Source of the DNA: an uncultured virus (IMG/VR IMGVR_UViG_3300020048_000047)
Taxonomy: Duplodnaviria > Heunggongvirae > Uroviricota > Caudoviricetes
Strand: one strand, 5' to 3'
Virus record (IMG/VR): IMGVR_UViG_3300020048_000047
Coordinates: 1 to 64,000 of that record
DNA: 64,000 bases
Part shown: piece after piece, positions 9,230 to 20,555 of the stretch
Numbering within the stretch: position 1 is the stretch's first letter
How the letters are laid out: each line of letters begins with the position of its first letter
The notes under the pieces: model-generated
Seen by the model: the letters and a program-made list of their open reading frames with translations, nothing else
Databases searched by the model: none
What the model was told of the DNA's origin: nothing
Translations under genes and position numbers: made by a program

Positions 9230-11947
9230 TTAACGTCTATTATAAAAATAACTAGTACCACAACATTCTAAATCCCCAGATTTTCTAGCAATATATGTTG
9301 ACAAAATTATACTATTATTATAAACTGGTACATCGGTTTGATATGATGTACCAATACTATTGGTATCATAACTTGCATTATTTAAAACCATTCCATTTAA
9401 ATCATCAAGACCTAATTGAGTTAATTGACACCCAACACCAATTTCACCAGTATATGGGTCAGTTATATTTGGTACTTTTAATGTAAAAGTATCGATACAA
9501 TTTTTACCACTTGGGGTAACCACTGATAACCCACCATTAGGTTTTTTAAAAACTAAATATTTAGGTGAATTAACACCAGATGGTATTTGTACTGTAGATG
9601 TAGTTTCACTAACAATCCATTTACAAGCTATAGTACAACTACATCTATCTAAATCCGTACAACAAATATAACCAGAATTAGTTGCTGTATCATATAGAGC
9701 TGGTGTTCCCTCATTAGCTTTACAACAATTTTTAGTAGTATAATAACTATAATTTATTACTGGTGCACCATCTTTGGTAAATACGGTACCATCTTTATTA
9801 TATTGTTGATAACCAAATTGGTGTAATCCAGCACTACGATTTGTGTTAATGCTTAATAATGATTCATCACAAGCACTAACAACTGCTTCACTTCTTTCAA
9901 AACAAAGACTAGCCATGTTATCGTTACCTTCACATGCACAACCACAATCATTAAAAACAACCCCACTAGTTACTATATCACTTGATACTTGTGGTTTAAA
10001 AACATAACATGATGATAAATCTTCACCGTTCATACCAGTCATTTCAGCACTAATAGCCGACTCAATAACACTACCATCATAAGTTCCTAGTTCATTATTA
10101 ATGAATATATTAGTTGTACCAATAACTTCATTTAATGTAGTTATTGTTACTGCTGAAAAATTAGGTATTAACGATTTAAACTGATTTATGTATTTGTAAC
10201 CGCCATCATATTGTCCAACATGTGGATTATTACCAGTTAAAACATCTATGGTTGACCCACTACCGCCAGTTTCACGATACCATAAACCATTACCTTGAAA
10301 ATACATATCATCAGTATCTGGTAATGGATTTGGGTAACCATTAGAATCAAAAGGGTAAATTGTTAAATCATTGTTTAAATCAAGTAAATCTAATATTTTG
10401 GTGAAATTGTCAACATCTATTGGAGATTTAGCTCTATAAATATACTCATTGAATTTAACAAGACCTTGTGGGGCCCCAATAAACCTAAGTAGAAATTCTA
10501 TAGATTTTCTAGCACCTTTAGATTTCCAAAGCCATGGTGAATTAAGTATTATTCTTCTCCATAATTCAATATCAGCTTGTGCAGCTGTTAAACCAACAGT
10601 TTCACCAGAAAATTGTGAGGGTGCAGTTGTTACATAGTTTTTTACTAAATTGTTCTCCATTATTGACGAAATCAATTCCCACCCTAAAACACTAGCTAAA
10701 TTTTTAAGATATAAATCTGGTGTGTTATCTAATTTATTATAAGTAACGGTATTGGCAAAAGCTATACCAGTTATAAAATTATTAATATAATCTAATTCCC
10801 TACCATAAATTTGGAGAGTTTTATTAACTTTTTGACCAGAAGTATCTTGGTCCATATCAGATAAATGCACTGGTGTAGTATCAAATGCAGATATTGATTC
10901 AGAAACAAGGAATCTATTCATTAAATTACTATAATTTAAATCATTATTATTACTTAAATCAATTAATTGATTTACATAATCTTCATAATATATTGTTTCG
11001 AAATCAATATTATAACCATCTGAAGTTGGCCAAGTTATTGATTTATTAGTATAAAAAATAGTACCAATATCGGATTTAATCGGGTATTCAAAACTAGCAG
11101 TATATTTAGGTGTTACTCTTCTATTTAATAGATATGATTCAAAATCTGGTAACGCATTAAAAAATTGTTCCTCATATTGTTTATTTGGTTTAATGTGATA
11201 AGTAGCACGACCATTACTATTTAAACTACTAAATGGATTACCTTTAACAGTTAAATATATATAATCGTTTGTTGTATAAGTTGACCCAGTAAAACCAATT
11301 AAAGGATATTCAACATCATTGTATAAAATACTATATGCCGAATAATTCATCGTAATATTTCTTAAATCATTTGTTGCACTAAAAGTATCAACAATTGTCC
11401 CATTTTTTAAAAAATTACATTGAAAAGTATTAGTGATAAAAGATGTATTAACCCTAAAATTACTTATTTCAGTCAAATAATCATAGGTAAAACTATCGTA
11501 AGTGTCACCGAATATTTGTACACCTTCACTAGTTTGAGTCGTTGGTTTTAAAAATAAAGATGCTGGCCATTTTATTATAATATCTTCTAATGATACCCTA
11601 ACAAACTCTGTTAATGAACCAAATAAAGCGTAGTATTTTAAATTAGTCTTGTCTAAATTTAAAGTAACAACTGAATTATTAGCCAATAATGTTTGACTTT
11701 CTTCAACGGTTAAATTCAAATCAGTTAAGGTATAGAAATCGGAAAATTTAGAACCAGCAAATGTTTTATTACTTTTAGGCTCCATATTTGTAGTAATAGC
11801 AAAATTACCCATAGTAAATAATGGAGTACCACCTTCACTAGTTAATTGAAGCCCAACTAAATCTGGATTAAAATTTCTATATTCAATTCCACCGTCAAAA
11901 ATTACTTTTTTAGCGTAACCTACTACTTTTACCTTATTATTACTCAT
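9230..11947 (-). CDS. Baseplate wedge subunit (T4 gp7 / P2 gpI-like) with Cys-rich C-terminus
   Basis: 905 aa. TPDLYLKNLASVLGW and WLWKSKGARKSIEFLLRFIG match the gpI/gp7-like K.KGT..SI.FL motif. Confidence 0.6.
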   Translation of the reverse strand: MSNNKVKVVGYAKKVIFDGGIEYRNFNPDLVGLQLTSEGGTPLFTMGNFAITTNMEPKSNKTFAGSKFSDFYTLTDLNLTVEESQTLLANNSVVTLNLDKTNLKYYALFGSLTEFVRVSLEDIIIKWPASLFLKPTTQTSEGVQIFGDTYDSFTYDYLTEISNFRVNTSFITNTFQCNFLKNGTIVDTFSATNDLRNITMNYSAYSILYNDVEYPLIGFTGSTYTTNDYIYLTVKGNPFSSLNSNGRATYHIKPNKQYEEQFFNALPDFESYLLNRRVTPKYTASFEYPIKSDIGTIFYTNKSITWPTSDGYNIDFETIYYEDYVNQLIDLSNNNDLNYSNLMNRFLVSESISAFDTTPVHLSDMDQDTSGQKVNKTLQIYGRELDYINNFITGIAFANTVTYNKLDNTPDLYLKNLASVLGWELISSIMENNLVKNYVTTAPSQFSGETVGLTAAQADIELWRRIILNSPWLWKSKGARKSIEFLLRFIGAPQGLVKFNEYIYRAKSPIDVDNFTKILDLLDLNNDLTIYPFDSNGYPNPLPDTDDMYFQGNGLWYRETGGSGSTIDVLTGNNPHVGQYDGGYKYINQFKSLIPNFSAVTITTLNEVIGTTNIFINNELGTYDGSVIESAISAEMTGMNGEDLSSCYVFKPQVSSDIVTSGVVFNDCGCACEGNDNMASLCFERSEAVVSACDESLLSINTNRSAGLHQFGYQQYNKDGTVFTKDGAPVINYSYYTTKNCCKANEGTPALYDTATNSGYICCTDLDRCSCTIACKWIVSETTSTVQIPSGVNSPKYLVFKKPNGGLSVVTPSGKNCIDTFTLKVPNITDPYTGEIGVGCQLTQLGLDDLNGMVLNNASYDTNSIGTSYQTDVPVYNNSIILSTYIARKSGDLECCGTSYFYNRR

Positions 11948-11955
11948 TTTTACCT

Positions 11956-12885
11956 TTAAATTGTTGTTACGTTAGCGAATGTTTTAGAAAAATCAATACT
12001 AGTTCTTTCATCTCTAATTTCAAATAATGGGTCCCCAGTATATTGGTCTTTGATTTCGTATAAATCATATTGTTTATAAATATCATTATTAAAATTATAA
12101 ATAGTATAAATACCATCTTCAAGACTTTTAGATTGATTACCAAATATACCAAATGCAAGTGTTTCAATATCATGTTCAACCATTTCAACTTCTAACATAA
12201 ATGGATTAACAAATGTGTTGGTAATAATTACTTGTTGATTAGGTTGTCCGATAAATGGTAATGTATTTGGTTTAACGCTTGATACAGAACTAGGTGATAC
12301 AGTGCAAAATATTAGTGTTGAATTATCATTAAATCTATAACGGATTGCTTTTTGATTAGCATTTGTTAAATTCTGATTTACTGGTTCTGCTCTATTATTT
12401 GATGTAATAACCTTAAAAAAGTTATTTAATTTAGCATCGGCTGCACTAGTATCTGTATTCAAATATTCTATTCGATAACCAACAAGGCCATTATTTTCAA
12501 ATTTACTTAAAAAATTACTTGGAATTGTTGAGATGTCAAATAAAATCCCCTTTACATCTGGAAATGCTGATAAAGTACCACAATCCACAATTTTAGTGCG
12601 AATTTCGACTGGTTTTACTATGATTGTATAAAATCCTTTAACACCAAATGTCGCTACTGGCAATTTTAAAGTATACATACCACCGAAAATTTCAAAACCA
12701 GTTACGTTTGATTGTGATTTATTTGGGTTATCAATTTTCATTAACACCTCATTAGAGTCTAATTTTATCAGACTAGCATTACCTACTTTATCCCTAGATG
12801 GAGTAAAATGATAGAAGATTTCAACATCTTCTGGATTAATATCTGCTGGTCTAACAACACCGTAAGTTCCTGTTGCAAAATACAT
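11956..12885 (-). CDS. Putative structural protein
   Basis: 309 aa ORF in the baseplate operon; no recognisable catalytic motif. Confidence 0.55.
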   Translation of the reverse strand: MYFATGTYGVVRPADINPEDVEIFYHFTPSRDKVGNASLIKLDSNEVLMKIDNPNKSQSNVTGFEIFGGMYTLKLPVATFGVKGFYTIIVKPVEIRTKIVDCGTLSAFPDVKGILFDISTIPSNFLSKFENNGLVGYRIEYLNTDTSAADAKLNNFFKVITSNNRAEPVNQNLTNANQKAIRYRFNDNSTLIFCTVSPSSVSSVKPNTLPFIGQPNQQVIITNTFVNPFMLEVEMVEHDIETLAFGIFGNQSKSLEDGIYTIYNFNNDIYKQYDLYEIKDQYTGDPLFEIRDERTSIDFSKTFANVTTI

Positions 12886-12970
12886 ATTTATTTTTTGTTT
12901 TAATAAGTTCTTTCAAAGGTAATCTTAAATACTTGATAAGTAAGTAGTATTCTTCGAATTTATTTCATTT

Positions 12971-13849
12971 TTATTGTTTATTTAATTTATAAAAACCATT
13001 ACCGTATCTCACTAGTTCATCTAAACTTTTAATTTCAGATAATCTTAAATGCATATCCATAACAGTTGTTTTTCCTCTTTCTATAAATACATCACTTTGT
13101 ACTTCTGGTGGAGAAATTATTCCAAATAAATATTCTTCTTTAGTTAATGCAGATAATGAAGTATTTGTTTCATTCCACCCTTCACCTATATAACTAAAAT
13201 TTGTTAATGGAAGTTCAGTTCGTTGACCATTTATTTTAACTGTTCTAGTAATGCCAGTATAGTCATGATACTGTAAACCATAAATTTGATTAGGTGTTCC
13301 TAAATTACTATCTAATACTGTATCAAAAACATAAATTCTAGGTTCACCCATGGTTTTTATTCTAGAAATACCATTAATACTAACATTATTATAGTTACTA
13401 TAAGTTTCTTCTGACGTATTGAAGTTAATTCTATAAGGATTTAATCGATTATATGACCTAACATCTTCAATTTTACTATCGGTTGAACCAGAAATTACTA
13501 AATTTCCAAAATTATAGTAGTCCGAAGCTACACTTGATGGAATTCTATTAACTATTTTAGTCGTTCCAGCCATTCCAATCATAATTGGTGACGATGGATA
13601 AGTCATAAATGGGAAAGTAATACCACTAGCTGATAGTTTATCTATTAAAATGGTATAGTCTGGTTGAGTCTTAACACCTTTTTCCTTAGGGATGAAATCA
13701 ATGTCAGTAAAATAACCCATGTCATCAACATTTTGTGTTAAAAAAACATTTATATAGAATGTTGATGCGGAAATCGTACCCCATTTTGAACTTTTATCGG
13801 TTCTATTTATACTATTTTCTAATAATATCTTACGTTTAATTACTTTCAT
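12971..13849 (-). CDS. Putative structural protein
   Basis: 292 aa; start overlaps the upstream stop. Confidence 0.55.
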   Translation of the reverse strand: MKVIKRKILLENSINRTDKSSKWGTISASTFYINVFLTQNVDDMGYFTDIDFIPKEKGVKTQPDYTILIDKLSASGITFPFMTYPSSPIMIGMAGTTKIVNRIPSSVASDYYNFGNLVISGSTDSKIEDVRSYNRLNPYRINFNTSEETYSNYNNVSINGISRIKTMGEPRIYVFDTVLDSNLGTPNQIYGLQYHDYTGITRTVKINGQRTELPLTNFSYIGEGWNETNTSLSALTKEEYLFGIISPPEVQSDVFIERGKTTVMDMHLRLSEIKSLDELVRYGNGFYKLNKQ

Positions 13850-14673
13850 TATATAGCATTTATTTGATAAAGGTTAATTATGTATCCAGTACTACTATTT
13901 ATAACATTATTAATCGAACTTGTATTACCTAGATAGGTATCACTTATTTTATAATAATACCCAGTCTGTGTTCTAGTTAAGGTAAATTTAGTATATAATT
14001 CATTAATTAATTTATCGATAGGTTGTGCTGTTTTATTAACCATTAAATTGGTTAATATACCTGTTTTTGCATTTTTAAAACTAGCCCTCATATATAAATC
14101 TTTAGATTCACCAATTTTTAATTCATCTTTATAATCATATAAATAATACCCTTCAGAACGGCCTCTAGATACCAATACAGGATTTTCTAGTCTAAAGTTT
14201 AATGGGATACTATTTACTGGTTTAACAGTACCATCTAGATTTAAATTGCTTTTATTAATATATGGAAAAAGAGTAATGTAACTAATTAAATTTTGAGTTA
14301 AAGGATTAGGTGCGTCATAAAAAGCTAAATTTAAAAATGTTAGTTTAAAAGATTCTTTTAAGTAGTTTACATCATCATATTCAAAACCAATTTCACCAAA
14401 ACTATTAACGTATGAACCATTATCTAACATTCTCACATTATACATAATACTTATTGTTTGAGAATTGTCTAAATTAATTGGGGTGAACCTAACTTTTTCA
14501 TAATCATAAATTGGGTTTATAGCTTTTTCTGTTTCTGTTTTAACAAAAACAGTTTCAATTAGCTCACTTTGGTCAACTAATTGATATTCCAACATAATAG
14601 GAACATTGATAGTTGTGGCCGTAGTTCCACTAGGTAACGTTGATATATTTATTTTAACTTTATTAACAAGCAT
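13849..14673 (-). CDS. Putative structural protein
   Basis: 274 aa; overlaps both neighbours in the operon. Confidence 0.55.
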   Translation of the reverse strand: MLVNKVKINISTLPSGTTATTINVPIMLEYQLVDQSELIETVFVKTETEKAINPIYDYEKVRFTPINLDNSQTISIMYNVRMLDNGSYVNSFGEIGFEYDDVNYLKESFKLTFLNLAFYDAPNPLTQNLISYITLFPYINKSNLNLDGTVKPVNSIPLNFRLENPVLVSRGRSEGYYLYDYKDELKIGESKDLYMRASFKNAKTGILTNLMVNKTAQPIDKLINELYTKFTLTRTQTGYYYKISDTYLGNTSSINNVINSSTGYIINLYQINAI

Positions 14674-16450
14674 AATCCGATGATTTAGAGGTGTATTTAT
14701 TAGTCATTTGTTCACCAATTGAATCAGATGGAAATTTAGAATAAAATAATCCCCAAATATTAAATGGGTCTTGTCTTTTAACATTAAAACAAACATTCTG
14801 ATACATATAGTGGCATCCGTTTAAAAATGGATAATCTAAAGCTTTTTCACTACTTTCATTAAACCCAATTTCTAACATATCTCTCCATAAATATCTACCA
14901 TCACCTAAATTCTCAGCGTAACTTGGAATACCTTCGGTATTATCATCACCTTGTTCAATATAAGATGATAATTCACGTATTTTGATTAACCAATGCGGTT
15001 TATAAAAATAGCCTTCTTGTCTTGGACCTAAATTTAATGCTGTTTTTGTTACAACTTGATTATCGTCAGTTCCTAATCCAGAAACATAACCACCAGATAA
15101 TGTAGAAATAGTTTCCCTATTTAATGTGTTAAATCTATGTGATATATCGGCTAATATCGTTTCCCTAACTTCATTTCTATTATATTCAACTAAATCGCCA
15201 TAAAACCAATTATTATTTATATTCACTGGTTTTTCTAACGGTGTGTGGGAAATAAATGGTAAACTAGCTCCATTATGTATTCTATTAATCGCTGGAATAT
15301 TTTTAAGATATGTAATCGTATCGCTTTCTTTTAATGAAGGTAAGAATGGCGTTTCAATACCAGATGATACTTGAGTAAATAACCCATCACTATCTGTTTT
15401 AGTTATAGTTAGATATAATTCACTAACTGGCCTACCTAAATTATCTGTTAAATTAGTAACATCAATATCTTCATTAAAAACATATTGAATTATATCATCA
15501 CCATAAATATTTTCACTAAAAGTTAATTTATATGATTCATAATCATCATATTGAATTATTGGTTTAATTTGGTTATCGCTTCTAGTTTCAACCTTCGTGA
15601 AAAGTCTAAAATAATAAGATGATTCTTCGTCATTTACAACCCTTTTCATTCTAGAATTAGGTCCTATACTACCAGTTGGTTCCACATCAATAACAAAATA
15701 ATAATTTTTGAAATCACCATTATCTAAACCAGTTCTTATTACGGTATGTGTACCATCATAACTATTGGTTCCAGTTATTCTAACTGTATCACCAATATTT
15801 AAATTATGTAAACAAGGCATTCCGAAAGCAATCATACTTCTTTCAGAAACTAATACTGAAACAGCTTCTACTATTAATAAACCACCATTAACCATATTAT
15901 GTATTGTATCTGTTGATTTAGGATAAGTAAGTGTTAATTCCCAATTTTTAATAGGTGTTGATTTTCTATTATACGAAAAAATATCTGGAATAAATGAAAA
16001 TCGTTTTCTTGTTGGTTCCATATCTATAAACTGACATAAACCCTTTTTTGTTTTAGATGGATTAAAATAACCAAACCATCCATTAACCTCTTTTAAGTAT
16101 CTTTTAAGAGTAGTTGGGTAAGTTAAGTCTGCCATACCATCTAAAGGATAAGAAGTGTCTAAAAACGTATTTAAATCATTAAATCCAGCCAGTGTTTGTT
16201 TATCAAGATAAGTATTATCTGTAAGATTAAATAACGAATTAGAAATCGTTGGATTTATTGTGCCAAGGATTCTATAAAATTTACTTTTTTGTCGTTCTAA
16301 ATTAAATCTTTCACCGATATTAACAACTTCTTGTATTTCATCTGGCGGTAAAAGTCTTTCTTCACCATCTAAACTAATTTTAATAAATGAATCAGTATTA
16401 ACCGATTTTTTAGACGTTTCGGCATTAAGCATTTGTGTTGTTCTTTCCAT
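14663..16450 (-). CDS. Putative structural (baseplate) protein
   Basis: Likely start is MERTTQ at 16450 (TAATG coupling to the upstream gene); about 595 aa. Confidence 0.55.
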   Translation of the reverse strand: MERTTQMLNAETSKKSVNTDSFIKISLDGEERLLPPDEIQEVVNIGERFNLERQKSKFYRILGTINPTISNSLFNLTDNTYLDKQTLAGFNDLNTFLDTSYPLDGMADLTYPTTLKRYLKEVNGWFGYFNPSKTKKGLCQFIDMEPTRKRFSFIPDIFSYNRKSTPIKNWELTLTYPKSTDTIHNMVNGGLLIVEAVSVLVSERSMIAFGMPCLHNLNIGDTVRITGTNSYDGTHTVIRTGLDNGDFKNYYFVIDVEPTGSIGPNSRMKRVVNDEESSYYFRLFTKVETRSDNQIKPIIQYDDYESYKLTFSENIYGDDIIQYVFNEDIDVTNLTDNLGRPVSELYLTITKTDSDGLFTQVSSGIETPFLPSLKESDTITYLKNIPAINRIHNGASLPFISHTPLEKPVNINNNWFYGDLVEYNRNEVRETILADISHRFNTLNRETISTLSGGYVSGLGTDDNQVVTKTALNLGPRQEGYFYKPHWLIKIRELSSYIEQGDDNTEGIPSYAENLGDGRYLWRDMLEIGFNESSEKALDYPFLNGCHYMYQNVCFNVKRQDPFNIWGLFYSKFPSDSIGEQMTNKYTSKSSDYAC

Positions 16451-19400
16451 TATCCAGTTATGTTTTTTGTACATCCAACACCATCAGTTAGTGTTTGGGT
16501 TATTGAAGAATTCTGGTCAGTTATAGAACCAGTACCGCTGATAGTACCAATACCACCATATCCAGTAATATTATGAACATAATATCCATTATCATCTGGG
16601 CCAGTAGTAGTAATACTACCATTTAAGTTAGTGCTTGGTTTAGTAACGCTAGATTTACTAATTGATAAAACTTCACTTTCACATGGGCCATTAGTTGCTT
16701 TTATGGCAATACTAATTGCCATAAATGGAATATTAAATGTAATTGGAGAATTAGCACCTAAATATGACCCAGTAACTGGGAACCAAACATTTATATTATC
16801 AACCTTATAACTTAAACTATAATTTGCTGGTGGATTAAACGAATAATCTAAATAAACAGTTATTTTATGATAACTAGAATTACATTGTTGTCTTAAAACA
16901 CTACTAGTTGCTGGTGTTAAGGTTATTTTTGGCCACGTAGCTGCAATAACTGTAGATATTTGAACAACACTACCTAAACTATCAGTAACTTCACTAACAT
17001 ATGTTCCTTCTACTAAATTAACCATACTACCACTATTACTATTATAACTAGATGGGCCAGTTGTTTTTAATGCGTATATAGGTTTTCCACCACTAGGTAT
17101 TAATTCTAGTTTACCATTATTAAACCCAGAACAAGTAATATCAGTTTTAGTCGAAGACAACGCTAATGCTGGAATACCTAATACTAATAAGCTACCTACG
17201 GTAAATATTTGTGTGCCATCAGTAATTGTTACTGAATAACCACCAGTATTTTGTGCTAACAATCCAGTAATTGTAGCTGGTGCGTTACCACTACGAACTA
17301 AAGAACCATCAGCTTTATAGATTTTATAAGTTATTGGCCCATTACCACCATAAACATTTGAAATTGTTATTTCACCATCTAAACTAACATCTGTTGTAGC
17401 GTTTTTGGTTACTTCAATTGTAGCAAATAATTTAGGGACACCTGTTATAACAATTGTTTGTTTAACTAAAGCACCCATTGAATCGGTTACAGTAATTTCA
17501 TAAGTACCAGCATTTAAACCAGTTATACTAATATTTGTTGTCATTGTACCCCCAGTACTGAAATTTGGGCCAGTAATTGTATAAGTAAATGGACCAACAC
17601 CACCTATAACACTTAAATTAATAATACCAGCACCAGTACCAGTTTTATCCGCAATTGGTTCGGCTTGAATTAACATAGAATCTTTAACCATTTCAATACA
17701 ACTAGTGAAGTATTTACTATTCATTTTATCAACGGCTGTTTTACTTGGCGAAAGACCAAAATAGAAATAATAGGAATGTTCGGTATCAATTAGTGTAGTA
17801 TCACTCTTAGGGTTATTATTAGTGTCATAGTAACCTCTAAATTTATTATACTCTACACCATTAGCACTAGTATATTTATAGTAATCTGTTGAAATATTAG
17901 TATTAAAATCAGTATTCCATGTACCATATTGGGTCCATTGTGTACCATTATTTAAACCATATATTACATCTCTAACATATTTTCCGCTGTCATCATCAAT
18001 ATCATTTGCTGTTAAAGCACAATCTGGTTCTGTGTAAACACCACTAGCATCAAAACTACCTTCGTCTAAATCAACACCGAATTCACATTGATGTCTAATA
18101 TTAAGACATCCTTTCATACTCACATGTAATCCAACACAATTAATCGAGAAAAATAAAGAATCGGTGTGCTTTTCGCCTGGTGAAATCATACCACAAACTT
18201 CTTTAACCCCACTATCAGTATATTCAGTACCATCTGGTGGTAAAATATAAGATGACGGTGTTAAATATTGACTAATTTTAGGTATATTTTGCCAATCACA
18301 ATCAAAAATAGAACCTAGATTAATAATATCAGTCGCAAATAAATTTTTTTCTACCCCATAACCAAAATGTGTTGTTGAAGCATAAATTAAATCGTCACCA
18401 ACTTTTTTAATTAGACCTTCACTTAGTTTTATATTATCATATGTTTTATGATTATTTAATCTATTACTATCATCCAAACAAGAATCAATTAAAAAATTAT
18501 GATTACAATGATTATCTGGTTTATTGTTTCCACCAGAATCAACACCATCTATAGCATCAAAACTACCCCCATCACATTCATATTCACAGAACTTCTCTTT
18601 GCTTTTTTTAAGTTTTCGTTTTTTCTTCTTTTTATATCTTAATAAATAACTATAAAGAGTACCATTTACCCAATCATTATAAAAATCAAATTGGTACATA
18701 CCTAATTTTTTAGCTAATTTATATGCAGTACAATCTATTAAACCAACACTAAAGTCAGCACTATGCTGACCATCACCATCACCAGCCCAATGTATTATTT
18801 GCCATCCTTCTTTATTTCCAATATTTACTGCCGATTCATAACCTTCTTTAATTATTGGACCTTTAGAAAAACAACCTGGAGCATATCTTGGTGCTGATTC
18901 ATTACTATCATCATCAACTGAACATGGTATCGTTACACATGGAATAAAAGGCATAAAATCAGAATCACACCAACTTGGTTTTCTAAAATTAAAACCAATA
19001 AAATTAGCAACTTCAACTAAACCTTTAAGAGTATAACACAAAACTTCAATAATTAATTTAACAATACCAATCAATGTATTCAATAATACGATAATAACCG
19101 CATTGATTATTGAAATTGTATAAGCCAAAACCCACATAATAAGGCATATGATTGAAAATAAAGGATTAAGTTCTGTATTTACTCTATTATAAGGAAATGG
19201 AGTTTTAGTTCCAGCACAAGCGTCAACATTTTTAATACCAGTAAATGATTGAGCACCACCTAAATTACTACCTTGGAATCTTGGTATATAATTAGCAACG
19301 GTATAAATTTTGTTCCAATATAAATCTCTAAAGCTAGTATCTTTTGTTGCAATTGGATTATCTTCACTCGCTGGACCGAAAGCATAATCTACTTCTGAAG

Positions 19401-20550
19401 CATCTTTAGGATTATTAGGCACTAAATATTTTGCTCTAGTTCTAAGTCTACCAGCACCACCAGTTTCATCTAACCCAATTTTAAACCTAACACTAGCTCT
19501 AGTTGGAATACCGATGTTAGGGTCTTGTGATGGTATTAAATCACCATTTTCATCAGTAATCTTATAATCTAAGTTCATAGGTATTTGATAAGACCAAGTA
19601 CCATCTTCATCAATAACACGACCACCTTCAACATCAAATTCCTCAATTTTACCATCAATTGTTTTTCTAATCATATTGATGGTACCTTCACCAGTTATTT
19701 GTTCACATATTTCACCTAATTTTCTCCTAGGTCTACAAGATTTATTAACACTATTCTTATCTTGGTCGCCAAAAATGCTACCAATAAAAATAGCCGATGG
19801 TCTTACGTTTAGATTTAAACTAAAATCTAAACGATTTATACCAATTTTACAATTATCAACATCACCCCAAAATGGTTGTACATTAATACCAGCATTCATA
19901 GTTTTTACTTGAATCAATCTATCTAGATTTTTTTCACCCTTAAATTTAGTTGTAGATTCAAATAATTTTGCTGGTGTTCCTTGGCTAATAAGGTCAAATG
20001 GCCTTTGAGAAATAATTCCAATATCTGAAATATCAGCATCAACATGTAATGTATAAGTTCCTAGTGGCACACCAAAAATCATGAAATCACCAGCATGGTT
20101 AGTTGTTGTTGTAAATTTATAATATTTACAATAAATTTCACCGATAAGTGGATTATCTAAAACTTCTCTTTTATTAGGAAAAGTACCTATTGGTGTAAAA
20201 CATGGATTATCAGTAACCGAATCTTTAGGGAGAAGATTATATCTAACACCCTCATCATTTGTGTCTGTAATTATTTCATAAGGATATAAACCTTTTATTT
20301 CTGGATTATTTTTATCAATATCATCCAAAGGTATAAAAACGCTAACCTTAGCATTTGGAACACCAAAACCATTATTAACAGTAACTCTACCAACAACAAC
20401 GCCATAATCAGAACAAAATTTCCTATAAGCATCTTCTTGTGAGATTTTCAATGAAAGAATTTCAATGAAATCAAATTTTTGTTCTAAGTTTACCTTAATA
20501 TATTTATCGCTACCGTTAGGTGTTGTTCTAATTCTAATTGAATCTGACAT
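16450..20550 (-). CDS. Large virion/membrane protein with prealbumin-like N-terminus, hydrophobic segment, Cys-rich region and SprB-like repeats
   Basis: 1366 aa. GVVVGRVTVNNGFGVPNAKVSVF..GVPLGTYTLHV, then a long hydrophobic stretch, then repeats such as DITCSGFNNGKLELIPSGGKPIY..LVEGTYVSEVTDSLG. Confidence 0.6.
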   Translation of the reverse strand: MSDSIRIRTTPNGSDKYIKVNLEQKFDFIEILSLKISQEDAYRKFCSDYGVVVGRVTVNNGFGVPNAKVSVFIPLDDIDKNNPEIKGLYPYEIITDTNDEGVRYNLLPKDSVTDNPCFTPIGTFPNKREVLDNPLIGEIYCKYYKFTTTTNHAGDFMIFGVPLGTYTLHVDADISDIGIISQRPFDLISQGTPAKLFESTTKFKGEKNLDRLIQVKTMNAGINVQPFWGDVDNCKIGINRLDFSLNLNVRPSAIFIGSIFGDQDKNSVNKSCRPRRKLGEICEQITGEGTINMIRKTIDGKIEEFDVEGGRVIDEDGTWSYQIPMNLDYKITDENGDLIPSQDPNIGIPTRASVRFKIGLDETGGAGRLRTRAKYLVPNNPKDASEVDYAFGPASEDNPIATKDTSFRDLYWNKIYTVANYIPRFQGSNLGGAQSFTGIKNVDACAGTKTPFPYNRVNTELNPLFSIICLIMWVLAYTISIINAVIIVLLNTLIGIVKLIIEVLCYTLKGLVEVANFIGFNFRKPSWCDSDFMPFIPCVTIPCSVDDDSNESAPRYAPGCFSKGPIIKEGYESAVNIGNKEGWQIIHWAGDGDGQHSADFSVGLIDCTAYKLAKKLGMYQFDFYNDWVNGTLYSYLLRYKKKKKRKLKKSKEKFCEYECDGGSFDAIDGVDSGGNNKPDNHCNHNFLIDSCLDDSNRLNNHKTYDNIKLSEGLIKKVGDDLIYASTTHFGYGVEKNLFATDIINLGSIFDCDWQNIPKISQYLTPSSYILPPDGTEYTDSGVKEVCGMISPGEKHTDSLFFSINCVGLHVSMKGCLNIRHQCEFGVDLDEGSFDASGVYTEPDCALTANDIDDDSGKYVRDVIYGLNNGTQWTQYGTWNTDFNTNISTDYYKYTSANGVEYNKFRGYYDTNNNPKSDTTLIDTEHSYYFYFGLSPSKTAVDKMNSKYFTSCIEMVKDSMLIQAEPIADKTGTGAGIINLSVIGGVGPFTYTITGPNFSTGGTMTTNISITGLNAGTYEITVTDSMGALVKQTIVITGVPKLFATIEVTKNATTDVSLDGEITISNVYGGNGPITYKIYKADGSLVRSGNAPATITGLLAQNTGGYSVTITDGTQIFTVGSLLVLGIPALALSSTKTDITCSGFNNGKLELIPSGGKPIYALKTTGPSSYNSNSGSMVNLVEGTYVSEVTDSLGSVVQISTVIAATWPKITLTPATSSVLRQQCNSSYHKITVYLDYSFNPPANYSLSYKVDNINVWFPVTGSYLGANSPITFNIPFMAISIAIKATNGPCESEVLSISKSSVTKPSTNLNGSITTTGPDDNGYYVHNITGYGGIGTISGTGSITDQNSSITQTLTDGVGCTKNITG

Positions 20551-20555
20551 TATTT

